Source: an uncultured bacterium
GTDB taxonomy: Bacteria; Fermentibacterota; Fermentibacteria; Fermentibacterales; JCC-6
Direction: 5' to 3'
Length of the DNA stretch: 64,000 nt
Assembly: GCA_965371785.1 (NCBI GenBank)
Contig: CBDUZS010000002.1
Coordinates: 2,362-66,361, forward strand
Part shown: positions 30,139 to 38,682 of the stretch, piece after piece
How the letters are laid out: each line of letters opens with the position of its first letter
Numbering within the stretch: position 1 is the first letter of the stretch
Position numbers and translations under genes: made by a program
The notes under the pieces: generated by a model
What the model saw: only the letters and a program-made list of their open reading frames with translations
The model's database searches: none
Told to the model about the DNA's origin: nothing

Positions 30139-30357
30139 CCGTTCCCGAATGCTTTTCTGGAACCCCCGGACATGATCGGACTATCTCCGGTTGACCGGGA
30201 AAGGTGAGTGAGATATTATTTCTCCGTGGCAATGACACCTAAAGAGAAACCGTTTTTCGCTGTAGCTGAAGGCTATTCCGGAGACGGTCTTTTTCATACC
30301 AGGGAACATATCCGAAGCAGTTCGAGAGGGGCATTTCTTGCCCTGAAGGGAGAGAGT

Positions 30358-30900
30358 ATGAACATCGATATCAGCGGAAGGCACTTCGATCTCACGGATG
30401 CGCTGAAGACTCACGTAGAAGATAAAATCTCTGCTTTCGAAAGATTCTACGATGGTATAGATGATGTGCACGTCATCCTGGAGTTCACTGCCGGGTTGAA
30501 CCATGCACATATCTCTGTCAGGGGCGACAGGCTAAGGCTGGACTCCAGATCGAAATCGCACGACATGTACTTCGCGATAGACGAATGCGTATCCAGCCTC
30601 GAAAGACAGATCAGGAGGTTCAAGGACAGAATTCACGGTCACCCTCACAGGGGCGGAGGCAACGGCAAAAAAGGCACTTACTACGTTCCCGTGGAAATGT
30701 CAGAACTCAACAAAATCCTTCTCGTAGAGAACGGCACACTGCTCCCGAGGTTTACCACGAACAACGCGATGACCGAATTCGAGGTCGACGGGGATGACTA
30801 CCTGGTTTTCTTCAACACCGAGACCAACAGCGTGAATGCGGTGTACAGAACTCCCGGCGGTACGAGTCAGGTCGTCGAACTCATGGAAGCGGGAGTGTAG
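30358..30900 (+). CDS. hpf: ribosome hibernation-promoting factor, long form
   Basis: MNIDISGRHFDLTDALKTHVEDKISAFERFYDG... C-terminal dimerisation domain (YLVFFNTETNSVNAVYRTPGGTSQVVEL). ATG 30358 is preceded by GAAGGGAGAG. The longer track ORF start (30208) lacks an RBS. Confidence 0.85.
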   Translation: MNIDISGRHFDLTDALKTHVEDKISAFERFYDGIDDVHVILEFTAGLNHAHISVRGDRLRLDSRSKSHDMYFAIDECVSSLERQIRRFKDRIHGHPHRGGGNGKKGTYYVPVEMSELNKILLVENGTLLPRFTTNNAMTEFEVDGDDYLVFFNTETNSVNAVYRTPGGTSQVVELMEAGV

Positions 30901-31130
30901 CCCCACTGAGCGATCTCTATCCCGATTCCGAGAACGTAACCGCGGCCAGCATTCTGAAAGCGCTGCGAAAAAAACTGAAGCTCAGCTCCGCCATAGAAGA
31001 CACCGGCTTCGACAGGCTGATAACCTCTCCCGACATCAGCCGGCCGGGCCTCTGTCTTACCGGCTACACTCACAACTTTTTATACGAGCGGATACAGATA
31101 TTCGGCGAGACCGAGATCACCCTCCTGAAC

Positions 31131-31874
31131 ATGCTCGATCCGAAGCTGCGGAAAGAAGCTATCTCAAACGTGTTCCGGTTTCCAGTGAATTGCAGCATGG
31201 TTACGAAGGGCCTTGAACCTCCGCCCGAACTGCTCGAAGCCTCTCGCGATTCGGGGGCGGCTCTCTTCATCTCATCGAGGGACACAACACCGCTCATCCA
31301 TGATCTGGGAGACTACCTGACCGAGGTGTTTTCCCCGGTGGAATCGGTGCACGGCACGCTTGTCGACGTTTTCGGAGTCGGACTTCTCTGTACGGGTAAG
31401 AGTTCGATCGGGAAGAGTGAAGCGGTTCTCGGTCTCATGGAGAGAGGACACCGTCTCGTTGCCGACGACATGGTCAGGATTCGCAGAGTATCCGACAAGC
31501 TCGTAGGCTCAGGGGATACACTGATGAGCTATCACATGGAGATAAGGGGTCTCGGGATGGTTAACATCGCAGATCTCTTCGGTATCAGGTCCACAAAGGA
31601 ACGTCAGCAGGTCGACCTCGAAGTCAGGCTTCAGGCATGGTCGGAAGTTCAGAACCTCGATCGCACGGGGCTGTCTAAAACCGAAGCCAGTATACTCGAC
31701 GTATCGATTCCACTTATAATTCTGCCCGTGCTTCCCGGAAGAAACCTGTCACTCCTTCTCGAAGTGGCAGTTCTCAACCATATCCTCGACAAGAGGGGTA
31801 TGAACCCGGCAAGGAAGCTGAACAGGGCCCTGATCCAACGAATGACCGGAGAGAAACCCGAAAAGGAAGGCTAA
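31131..31874 (+). CDS. hprK: HPr kinase/phosphorylase
   Basis: Kinase domain with P-loop GVGLLCTGKSSIGKSE and LVADDMV. The HprK N-terminal domain (VTAASILKALRKKLKLSSAIEDTGFDRLITSPDISRPGLCLTGY...) is encoded in the same frame upstream, from ~30900. No ATG/GTG/TTG exists between the in-frame stop at 30795–30797 and 31131. The true start may be non-canonical (CTG at 30906, with GGGAG 10 nt upstream). Confidence 0.8.
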   Translation: MLDPKLRKEAISNVFRFPVNCSMVTKGLEPPPELLEASRDSGAALFISSRDTTPLIHDLGDYLTEVFSPVESVHGTLVDVFGVGLLCTGKSSIGKSEAVLGLMERGHRLVADDMVRIRRVSDKLVGSGDTLMSYHMEIRGLGMVNIADLFGIRSTKERQQVDLEVRLQAWSEVQNLDRTGLSKTEASILDVSIPLIILPVLPGRNLSLLLEVAVLNHILDKRGMNPARKLNRALIQRMTGEKPEKEG

Positions 31875-31877
31875 TCG

Positions 31878-32150
31878 GTGTTCAGCACGACTGTGACAGT
31901 GCCGAACAGGCTTGGCATACATGCAAGGCCGGCGGCACAGATAGTCAAGCTCGCATCAACGTTCCTGAGCGAGATATCCCTTGTCGTCGGACACGATCAG
32001 GTAAACGCCAAGAGTATCATGGGGGTCATGACCCTCGCAGCGGGCGCAGGCACTGAGGTCGGCATCAACGCTGACGGTTCGGACGAGCGGAAGGCAGTCG
32101 ATTCACTGGCCGATCTCTTCGAAACAGGCTTCGGGGAAGAGATGGTCTGA
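31878..32150 (+). CDS. ptsH: phosphocarrier protein HPr
   Basis: 90 aa. His15 context GIHARPA. Regulatory Ser46 context KSIMGVM. GTG start. Confidence 0.85.
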   Translation: MFSTTVTVPNRLGIHARPAAQIVKLASTFLSEISLVVGHDQVNAKSIMGVMTLAAGAGTEVGINADGSDERKAVDSLADLFETGFGEEMV

Positions 32151-33922
32151 TGAAGGTTTTATTCGACGGCACACCCGCATCCCCGGGCATCGTGATAGGT
32201 CCCGCGTTCCTGCTCAACGTCGGGGAACTTCGAATCGCCAAGCATGTTCTTTCCGGCAAGAGTGCCGTGAAGGCTGAGATAGAGCGATTTGACCGAGCTA
32301 TCGGGGAGACCCGCAAAGAACTCGAATCGATCTCATCAGATCTGGGTGATGTACTCGAGGGCAAACAGATCATCGAAGTCCATATCCTTCTCCTGGATGA
32401 TCCCACAATGCAGAAGGAAGTCCATTCACGGATCAGGAACGACCTGGTAAACGCTGAATATGCTGTCAGTCAAGTTCTCCGCGACGTGGTAAAGCGTTTC
32501 ATGCAGCTGAAGGACTCCTACATGAGGGAGAGAGCGGCCGACGTCAGGGATGTCGGCAGGCGGGTTATTTCCAGACTCCTCGGAACCGAGCGTGAGGTTC
32601 TCGGAAAAGTGATCGAACCAGTGGTCCTCGTCGCGAGGGACATCGACCCATCCGAGACGGCAGGGCTCTCCAGCAAACAGGTTCTTGCCTTAGTCACCGA
32701 CAAGGGCGGAAGAACCTCACACACTGCCATTCTGGCAAGGAGCCTGGGAATACCGGCGGTAGTAGCCCTCAAGGATGTGGCCGAACACACGCAGCCCGGT
32801 GATACCATCATAGTAGACGGAATCCATGGCAGGGTGATCATCAACCCTGACAAGGAAGAACTGCGCTTCTACCGTGAACTGCAGTGCAGATACGAAGAGG
32901 CAGAGGCTGACATCGCCCTGAACGCCTCGGACCCTGCGGTTACACTGGACGGTGTTTCCATAGAACTCTCGGCGAACATCGAATTCTCGCAGGAAGCCGA
33001 GCAGGTCAAACGCTACGGGGGAGCGGGAGTAGGTCTGTTCAGAACCGAATTCCTTGGTCTTCTTTATCCCGATATGGAGAACGAAGAGGAGAATCACTAC
33101 CTCGCCTACAGGCACGTACTCGAACTCCTGAAGCCCGATCCTGTCATAATCAGGACCCTCGACCTCGGCGGTGACAAGTTCCTGAACGATCTGGGTGCCG
33201 TTGAAGCGAATCCGTTTCTCGGATGGAGGGCTATCAGGGTCTGCCTGGATCAACCCGAGCGATTCAGAGTTCAACTCCGCGCAATCCTCAGAGCATCGGT
33301 TGCGGGCAATGCATGGCTGATGGTTCCCATGGTCACCGATGTGTTCCAGGTTACAAAGCTGAAAGAGCACATCGCCGAAATCGGAGAAGATCTCAGGGAG
33401 GAAGGGATTCCCTTTGACGAGGACATGCCGGTGGGGATAATGGTCGAGACTCCCGCGGCAGCCCTGGGAATCGATCTGCTATTGCCTTACGTCGATTTCG
33501 TCTCCATCGGAACCAACGACCTGACCCAGTACACGCTGGCCGTTGACAGGGGGAGCCCATACGTTGCGCACCTGTTCGATTCTCTGCATCCAACCGTACT
33601 CAGGCAGATAGATCATGTCGCGAGGTACTGCAAATCTCATGGAAAATGGGTCGGGGTTTGCGGGCAGATAGCAAGTGATCCTCTGGCCGTTCCTCTATTG
33701 CTCGGCCTGGGCGTGAACGAGCTCAGCGTAGCGCTTACCCAGATTCCCGATGTAAAGAAGATGATCAGCGTCGTGACAATGGATGGATCGAGGAGTCTGG
33801 TGGAGAAGGCACTCAAAATGGAATCAGGCAGGCAGATAAGAGAGCTGGTCAGAAACTTCGTTGCAGGAAGTTATCCTGATATCCTGCTGGAGGACGACCA
33901 CGACGAGATGGGGGAGAACTGA
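32150..33922 (+). CDS. ptsI: phosphoenolpyruvate–protein phosphotransferase (PTS enzyme I)
   Basis: 590 aa. Phospho-His domain GGRTSHTAILARSLGIPAVV. PEP-utilising C-terminal domain (VSIGTNDLTQYTLAVDR). Confidence 0.9.
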   Translation: MKVLFDGTPASPGIVIGPAFLLNVGELRIAKHVLSGKSAVKAEIERFDRAIGETRKELESISSDLGDVLEGKQIIEVHILLLDDPTMQKEVHSRIRNDLVNAEYAVSQVLRDVVKRFMQLKDSYMRERAADVRDVGRRVISRLLGTEREVLGKVIEPVVLVARDIDPSETAGLSSKQVLALVTDKGGRTSHTAILARSLGIPAVVALKDVAEHTQPGDTIIVDGIHGRVIINPDKEELRFYRELQCRYEEAEADIALNASDPAVTLDGVSIELSANIEFSQEAEQVKRYGGAGVGLFRTEFLGLLYPDMENEEENHYLAYRHVLELLKPDPVIIRTLDLGGDKFLNDLGAVEANPFLGWRAIRVCLDQPERFRVQLRAILRASVAGNAWLMVPMVTDVFQVTKLKEHIAEIGEDLREEGIPFDEDMPVGIMVETPAAALGIDLLLPYVDFVSIGTNDLTQYTLAVDRGSPYVAHLFDSLHPTVLRQIDHVARYCKSHGKWVGVCGQIASDPLAVPLLLGLGVNELSVALTQIPDVKKMISVVTMDGSRSLVEKALKMESGRQIRELVRNFVAGSYPDILLEDDHDEMGEN

Positions 33923-34902
33923 TGCATGCGATCATTCCGGTTGCCGGCAAGGGAACCAGACTCAGGCCCCATACCTATTCAACTCCCAAAGCCCTCCTTC
34001 CCGTCGCGGGGCGCCCCATTCTCGCTCACATCATTGACAGGCTCATTCCGGCCGGAATAGAAAGGCTCACCCTCATCGTCGGCCACCTCGGTGACCAGAT
34101 CGTCGAATGGACGAAGAACAGGTACGATATGCCCGTCGATTTCGCGGTACAGGAGAGTATGGATGGTCTGGCGGCCGCCCTACTGCTGGCTTCACCCTGG
34201 TGTGATGACTCGAGGACGATGGTCGTGCTGGGTGATACCATCTTCGAAGCAGATCTGTCTTCACTCGGGAGTGGCTCCCGTAACATCATCGGTGTCAGGC
34301 CCGTTGAGGATCCAGGGCGTTTCGGTGTTGTCGTTATGGAAGGTGAACGAGTCGTCAGGCTTGTCGAGAAACCCGCAGAATTCGTTAGTGATATAGCAAT
34401 AGTGGGGATTTACTGCTTCAATTCCGGTTCAGGATTGATGGACGCCTGCAGCAGTCTTGTCGATTCCGGTCGAAGAACGAAAGGTGAGTTCCAGCTCACC
34501 GATGCCATGCAGAACATGCTTGCCTGCGGCGAGGAATTCGGCACATTTCAGGTCGAGAGCTGGTTCGACTGCGGAAACGTCGAAACCATGCTGGAAACGA
34601 ACAGGATTCTTCTCGATGCTCGTCCTCAGGAAACATCTCAGGAACTGCTTGGTGATTCCATCGTCATACAACCATCTTTCGTTTCTTCCGATGCAAGACT
34701 CTCTTCGTCCGTAATAGGCCCATACGCCTCGATCGGCCCGGGAAGCATCATCGAGAGATCGGTTGTATCCGACAGCATTGTTGGGTCGAATTCGAGGATA
34801 ACATCTGCAATTCTCGAACACTCCCTTGTCGGCAACGATGTTGTCGTCGAGGGTCATCTCCAGTCAGTTAACACCGGAGACAACTCCGTCATTGATTTAT
34901 GA
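33922..34902 (+). CDS. sugar-1-phosphate nucleotidyltransferase with C-terminal left-handed beta-helix domain
   Basis: IIPVAGKGTRLRPHTYSTPKALLPVAGRPIL (G-x-G-T-R-L NTP-transferase motif). C-terminal hexapeptide-like repeats (IVIQPSFVSSDARLSSSVIGPYASIGPGSIIERSVVSDSIVG). Confidence 0.8.
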   Translation: MHAIIPVAGKGTRLRPHTYSTPKALLPVAGRPILAHIIDRLIPAGIERLTLIVGHLGDQIVEWTKNRYDMPVDFAVQESMDGLAAALLLASPWCDDSRTMVVLGDTIFEADLSSLGSGSRNIIGVRPVEDPGRFGVVVMEGERVVRLVEKPAEFVSDIAIVGIYCFNSGSGLMDACSSLVDSGRRTKGEFQLTDAMQNMLACGEEFGTFQVESWFDCGNVETMLETNRILLDARPQETSQELLGDSIVIQPSFVSSDARLSSSVIGPYASIGPGSIIERSVVSDSIVGSNSRITSAILEHSLVGNDVVVEGHLQSVNTGDNSVIDL

Positions 34903-35953
34903 CGCGGTAATATACGGGTCTTCTCTCGGCAACATGGGAGGGACCGGAGTGTACCTCAGAAGGCTGATAGATGGTCTTTCCCAGATTCCATTCCCTGGTG
35001 TAGGAGTCGCCACTGGAGATGGCCTCTTCGACCCGAAGGACGTTCCGGCGGAAGGCTATCCGCGAGGTCTTCGCAAAGTGTTCAGAGAGAATATCAGAAT
35101 TCCCGCCATGCTTGCCGCCCTCAGCCCCGGTCTGGTTCACCTTCCTGCATTCGGGGGGAGGGCACCGGATGGAATTCCTTTCGTCGTGACACTCCATGAT
35201 CTCGCCTTTCTCCACAGACCGGACTGGTTTCCCCGAATCCGCTCGCTCTACTACAGGACACATTTCGGGAAGACGGCGAGGAATGCGGACATGGTGCTTG
35301 TCGACAGCGATTTCACCGGAAGGGAAGCCGTCAGGCTTCTCGGTCTCGAACCTTCTCGAATCAGAAGGATCTACCTGTCCACCCCCGACTTCACTTCATC
35401 TCAACAGCTATCCGGAAAGCTCTTCCCCTCCGATGGAGAACCCTACCTTATTTCGGTTGGCACCATTGAGCCTCGAAAGAACATTTCAGCTCTCCTTGAC
35501 GCCTGGCGAATCCTCCTGCCGAAGCTGGAGGGCTTCACACTGGTCATCGCCGGCAGGTGGGGCTGGGGTGAACGATCTCTTCGGAAGCGTCTCCTCACGG
35601 AGCCCGGTGTCCGCTGGGCAGGCTCTCTCCCGGAAGAGGTGCTCCGCAGCGCTGTCTCCGCTTCGCGATTACTGGTCTACCCCTCTCTTTACGAAGGATT
35701 CGGTCTTCCTCCCCTCGAAGCCGCATCGGCCGGTGTACCATTCGTTATCGGCCCTGCAGCCGCACTCGAGGAGGTCTACGGCGGGATAGCGGCTGCTTCC
35801 TGCGGTGATTCACCGGAGTCGATTGCCGAAGCAGTGCACAGCGCTCTTGGCTCATCGCCCTGTTCCGACGAGCTGCGGGAGTTCGCAAGTGCGTTTTCTA
35901 ACAGAAAGATGGCTGAGGAAGTCCTGTCGGTTTACAGGGAGGTTCTGCACTGA
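34892..35953 (+). CDS. glycosyltransferase family 4
   Basis: Probable TTG start at 34892 ((M)IYDAVIYGSSLGNMGGTGVYL), overlapping the upstream stop by 11 nt; the ORF track's 34826 start overlaps by 77 nt. C-terminal LVYPSLYEGFGLPPLEAASAGVPFVIGPAAALEE. Confidence 0.7.
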   Translation: MIYDAVIYGSSLGNMGGTGVYLRRLIDGLSQIPFPGVGVATGDGLFDPKDVPAEGYPRGLRKVFRENIRIPAMLAALSPGLVHLPAFGGRAPDGIPFVVTLHDLAFLHRPDWFPRIRSLYYRTHFGKTARNADMVLVDSDFTGREAVRLLGLEPSRIRRIYLSTPDFTSSQQLSGKLFPSDGEPYLISVGTIEPRKNISALLDAWRILLPKLEGFTLVIAGRWGWGERSLRKRLLTEPGVRWAGSLPEEVLRSAVSASRLLVYPSLYEGFGLPPLEAASAGVPFVIGPAAALEEVYGGIAAASCGDSPESIAEAVHSALGSSPCSDELREFASAFSNRKMAEEVLSVYREVLH

Positions 35954-36054
35954 AGGTTCTGCACGTCTACAAGGACGTTCATCCGATCGTAAGGGGTGGC
36001 ATCGAACGCTACATCCACGATCTGGGCGGCTTCTTCGTTTCCAGGGGACACGAG

Positions 36055-37047
36055 GTGGATGTCCTGGTTGCAGGTTCTCCCGGCGGCATGAGAACTGAAA
36101 CGGTAGATGGAATGCGGATCATCTCCGCGAGGTGTCTTCTGAGAATTCTCTCGAATCCTCTGTGCCCGGGTTTCGGAAAGCATATATCGCGTTCCGATGC
36201 GGATATTATTCACTTCCACCTGCCTCTCCCGACCGCGGTGATCAGCTGGCTCCTCAACAGGAATTTCGGTTCGAGACCTTTCGTGGTGACGTATCACAGT
36301 GACATCGTTCGCCAGGCTTTCGTCATGCCCTTTTACGGCCCATTCCTGAAGAGGTTTCTGCGCAAAGCGAACAGAATTATCGCCACGTCGAGGGCATACG
36401 TCGAAAGTTCGAGATGGATCAGAGACCTTCCCAACGTCTGCGTTGTACCGATCGGCGCAGATCCGGGGAAATTCAAAGTGGGAAAGCCGGATGAAAGAGA
36501 GGATTTCTTCCTCTTCGTCGGACGGTTCCGAAAGTACAAGGGAATTGATGTACTCCTGGATGCCTGGAAGAGTTTATCGGATCACAGGCTTATCATGGTT
36601 GGCGGCGGTCCTCTGCTGCCGATGATGAGGAAAAGGATAGAGGACGAGAATCTCAACGTTTCGATTATCACCGATCCATCCGACGACGTACTTGCCGCAT
36701 TGTATGGAAGCGCTCTTGCGCTGATTCTTCCCTCGACTTTGAGAAGTGAGGCATTCGGCATGGTCCAGGTCGAGGCAATGTTCTGCGGAACTCCAGTGAT
36801 AAGCACGGCAATCGATACCGGTGTGCCATGGGTGAACAAGGATTCCGTATCGGGACTGACCATCGAACCTGGCGATTCGGCTGCTCTTGTGAGTGCTGTA
36901 CATCGCATTCTCGAAGGTGATGAATGGTCACGTCTATCGGAGGGGGCGAGGGAGAGGGCTGTTTCACTCTTCGATGGTCCCATGCTGATGAGCAGGATAG
37001 AAAAGATCTGTATGGAAGTTCTTGATGACCGGCAGAACAGATCCTGA
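36055..37047 (+). CDS. glycosyltransferase family 4
   Basis: GT4 core FLFVGRFRKYKGIDVLLDAW...LILPSTLRSEAFGMVQVEAMFCGTPVISTAIDTG. GTG 36055 is the first canonical start. However, the conserved GT4 N-terminus (KVLHVYKDVHPIVRGGIERYIHDLGGFFVSRGHEV) is encoded in frame from 35950, after the stop at 35914–35916. A CTG at 35950 sits 7 nt after AGGGAGG, so the true start is probably 35950. Confidence 0.8.
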   Translation: MDVLVAGSPGGMRTETVDGMRIISARCLLRILSNPLCPGFGKHISRSDADIIHFHLPLPTAVISWLLNRNFGSRPFVVTYHSDIVRQAFVMPFYGPFLKRFLRKANRIIATSRAYVESSRWIRDLPNVCVVPIGADPGKFKVGKPDEREDFFLFVGRFRKYKGIDVLLDAWKSLSDHRLIMVGGGPLLPMMRKRIEDENLNVSIITDPSDDVLAALYGSALALILPSTLRSEAFGMVQVEAMFCGTPVISTAIDTGVPWVNKDSVSGLTIEPGDSAALVSAVHRILEGDEWSRLSEGARERAVSLFDGPMLMSRIEKICMEVLDDRQNRS

Positions 37048-37588
37048 ACCATGCGGGATAGGGAAAGCAGTCCCCCCGGTGGTGATGCTTGCCCTGATCG
37101 CCGTAGGACTGGGTGTTGTAGACGGCATACTGCCCAGACCTCTCCCGTTTCTCAAGATTGGGCTCGCTAACGTAGTCACCGTGATGGTTGCGTTCCGCAT
37201 GGGAACTGCCAGAGCCCTCTCGGTGAATCTGCTGAGGGTTGTTGCCGTCTCACTCTTTCTCGGTTCGATAGCAACTCCCTCTTTCCTCATGTCATTGGCG
37301 GGAGGACTCAGTTCAGCGTTGCTCATGGGTCTGCTTTCCCGCACGGCACGACGTATCCTCTCGGTAACCGGGATATCCATTGCCGGAAGTATGGCAAGCC
37401 TTTCCGCCCAGCTTTCCGTTGCAGTCCTGATCATCCCCGGAATCCCTGTCGGATCGATTGTGGTTCCACTCACCGCCTGGGGAATACTTTCCGGTACGGT
37501 TACGGGGTTGCTTGCCGCTCTTCTCCTCCGGAGGAGGTTTCTCGAGCGCGCTCCCTTCGGGCTTGTTCCGGAAGCATCTGGTGGGTAG
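37022..37588 (+). CDS. Gx-transporter-family-like membrane protein (heptaprenyl diphosphate synthase component I-like fold)
   Basis: 188 aa. Five to six TM helices with small-residue-rich segments (GISIAGSMASLSAQLSVAVLIIPGIPVGSIVV). Confidence 0.45.
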   Translation: MMTGRTDPEPCGIGKAVPPVVMLALIAVGLGVVDGILPRPLPFLKIGLANVVTVMVAFRMGTARALSVNLLRVVAVSLFLGSIATPSFLMSLAGGLSSALLMGLLSRTARRILSVTGISIAGSMASLSAQLSVAVLIIPGIPVGSIVVPLTAWGILSGTVTGLLAALLLRRRFLERAPFGLVPEASGG

Positions 37589-37617
37589 ATTCAGATTTTC
37601 ACGGAGGTTGACTGGTA

Positions 37618-37890
37618 TTGCTACACAACAGGTCATCAGGCTTCTGGGTGGTGTTGTCACTTGCAGGAATGATCACCGGCACTGTTCTGGGCGAAACCCT
37701 GGGTGCAATATTACCAGATACTTCTACGACCCTGAAAACTTTCTTTGCAGGGTCACTTGACCTGTCGCTGGGTCCTTTTAGGATCGATCTAGTAGTTTTC
37801 AGATTCGCACTGGAGGAATTGGCTCTGAAAGTTAATCTGATGAGTTTTGCCGGCCTTGTCGTTACGGGCTTTCTTTACAGGTGGTTCTAG
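37618..37890 (+). CDS. DUF4321-like small membrane protein
   Basis: About 90 aa. WVVLSLAGMITGTVLGETLGAILP ... NLMSFAGLVVTGFLYRWF matches the layout of DUF4321 proteins as recalled. TTG start. Confidence 0.45.
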   Translation: MLHNRSSGFWVVLSLAGMITGTVLGETLGAILPDTSTTLKTFFAGSLDLSLGPFRIDLVVFRFALEELALKVNLMSFAGLVVTGFLYRWF

Positions 37891-38079
37891 ATGTTCGGAA
37901 GAATTGGACCAGTCGAGATAATCCTGATACTGATCGTTCTCCTCCTTCTCTTCGGTGCGAAGAGAATTCCCGAGATCGCCAGATCCCTGGGAAAATCACT
38001 GAGCCAGTTCAAGAGAGGCCTCAGGGACGTCGATATAGACAAAACAGGCGACGACAACGAGGATGAGAAGGACGCGTAG
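37891..38079 (+). CDS. tatA: twin-arginine translocase subunit TatA/E
   Basis: 62 aa. MFGRIGPVEIILILIVLLLLFGAKRIPEIARSLGKSLSQFKRG is the canonical TatA TM plus amphipathic helix. Confidence 0.85.
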   Translation: MFGRIGPVEIILILIVLLLLFGAKRIPEIARSLGKSLSQFKRGLRDVDIDKTGDDNEDEKDA

Positions 38080-38682
38080 ATGGCAACCGTCAGTTTCAGT
38101 GCCAGGGAGATCGACTGCAAGATAGTCTACTGCGGTCCAGGCCTTTCCGGTAAGACGACCAACGTCCAATGGATACACAAGACGATTCCGCAAGATGCCA
38201 GAGGTAAGCTCATATCCCTTGCCGCAGGCAACGAGAGAACTCTCTTCTTTGATTTTCTTCCCATAGACACGGGTGAGATCAACGGGTTCAAGTTAAGACT
38301 TCATCTGTACAGCGTTCCGGGGCAGGCCATGTACTCCGATAGCAGAAGGCTCATACTCCAGTGCGTCGACGGTATCATTTTCGTAGCCGATTCGCAGATC
38401 GAGAGAATGGAAGCAAACCTGGACAGCCTGCGCGATCTCAAGGAGAACCTTCGCCGTCAGAAGAGAAAGGGAGTCAGCCTTATTCTTCAGGCGAACAAGA
38501 GGGATCTTCCCAATATCATTACAACCGATGAACTCATTACAACTCTCAGGCTGAACAGGATTTCCTGCGTCGAATCCGTCGCATGTGACGGCGTAGGAGT
38601 TTTCGAAACCCTCCGCAAGGTCAGTCGCATGGTGATCGGAAGGCTCCGCAGACAGTTCATGAGCTTCGAGGGAAGGGCCTGA
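38080..38682 (+). CDS. mglA: MglA-family Ras-like small GTPase
   Basis: 200 aa. REIDCKIVYCGPGLSGKTTN (P-loop). TLFFDFLP. LHLYSVPGQAMY (catalytic Gln context). FVADSQIERMEAN. NKRDLPN. Near-collinear with Myxococcus MglA. Confidence 0.85.
   Translation: MATVSFSAREIDCKIVYCGPGLSGKTTNVQWIHKTIPQDARGKLISLAAGNERTLFFDFLPIDTGEINGFKLRLHLYSVPGQAMYSDSRRLILQCVDGIIFVADSQIERMEANLDSLRDLKENLRRQKRKGVSLILQANKRDLPNIITTDELITTLRLNRISCVESVACDGVGVFETLRKVSRMVIGRLRRQFMSFEGRA

Noticed and set aside
30139-30357. Possible sigma-54 (-24/-12) promoter upstream of hpf (GGGGCATTTCTTGCC near 30330).
   Set aside because: GG-to-GC spacing is 9 nt rather than the canonical 11. The element would sit only ~15 nt from the start codon, so it is not a credible RpoN promoter.
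36574-37473. Minus-strand ORFs of 109–169 aa antisense to the GT4 and Gx genes.
   Set aside because: Composition-driven (Pro/Arg/Ser-rich) with no motifs. They are fully contained within well-supported sense genes.
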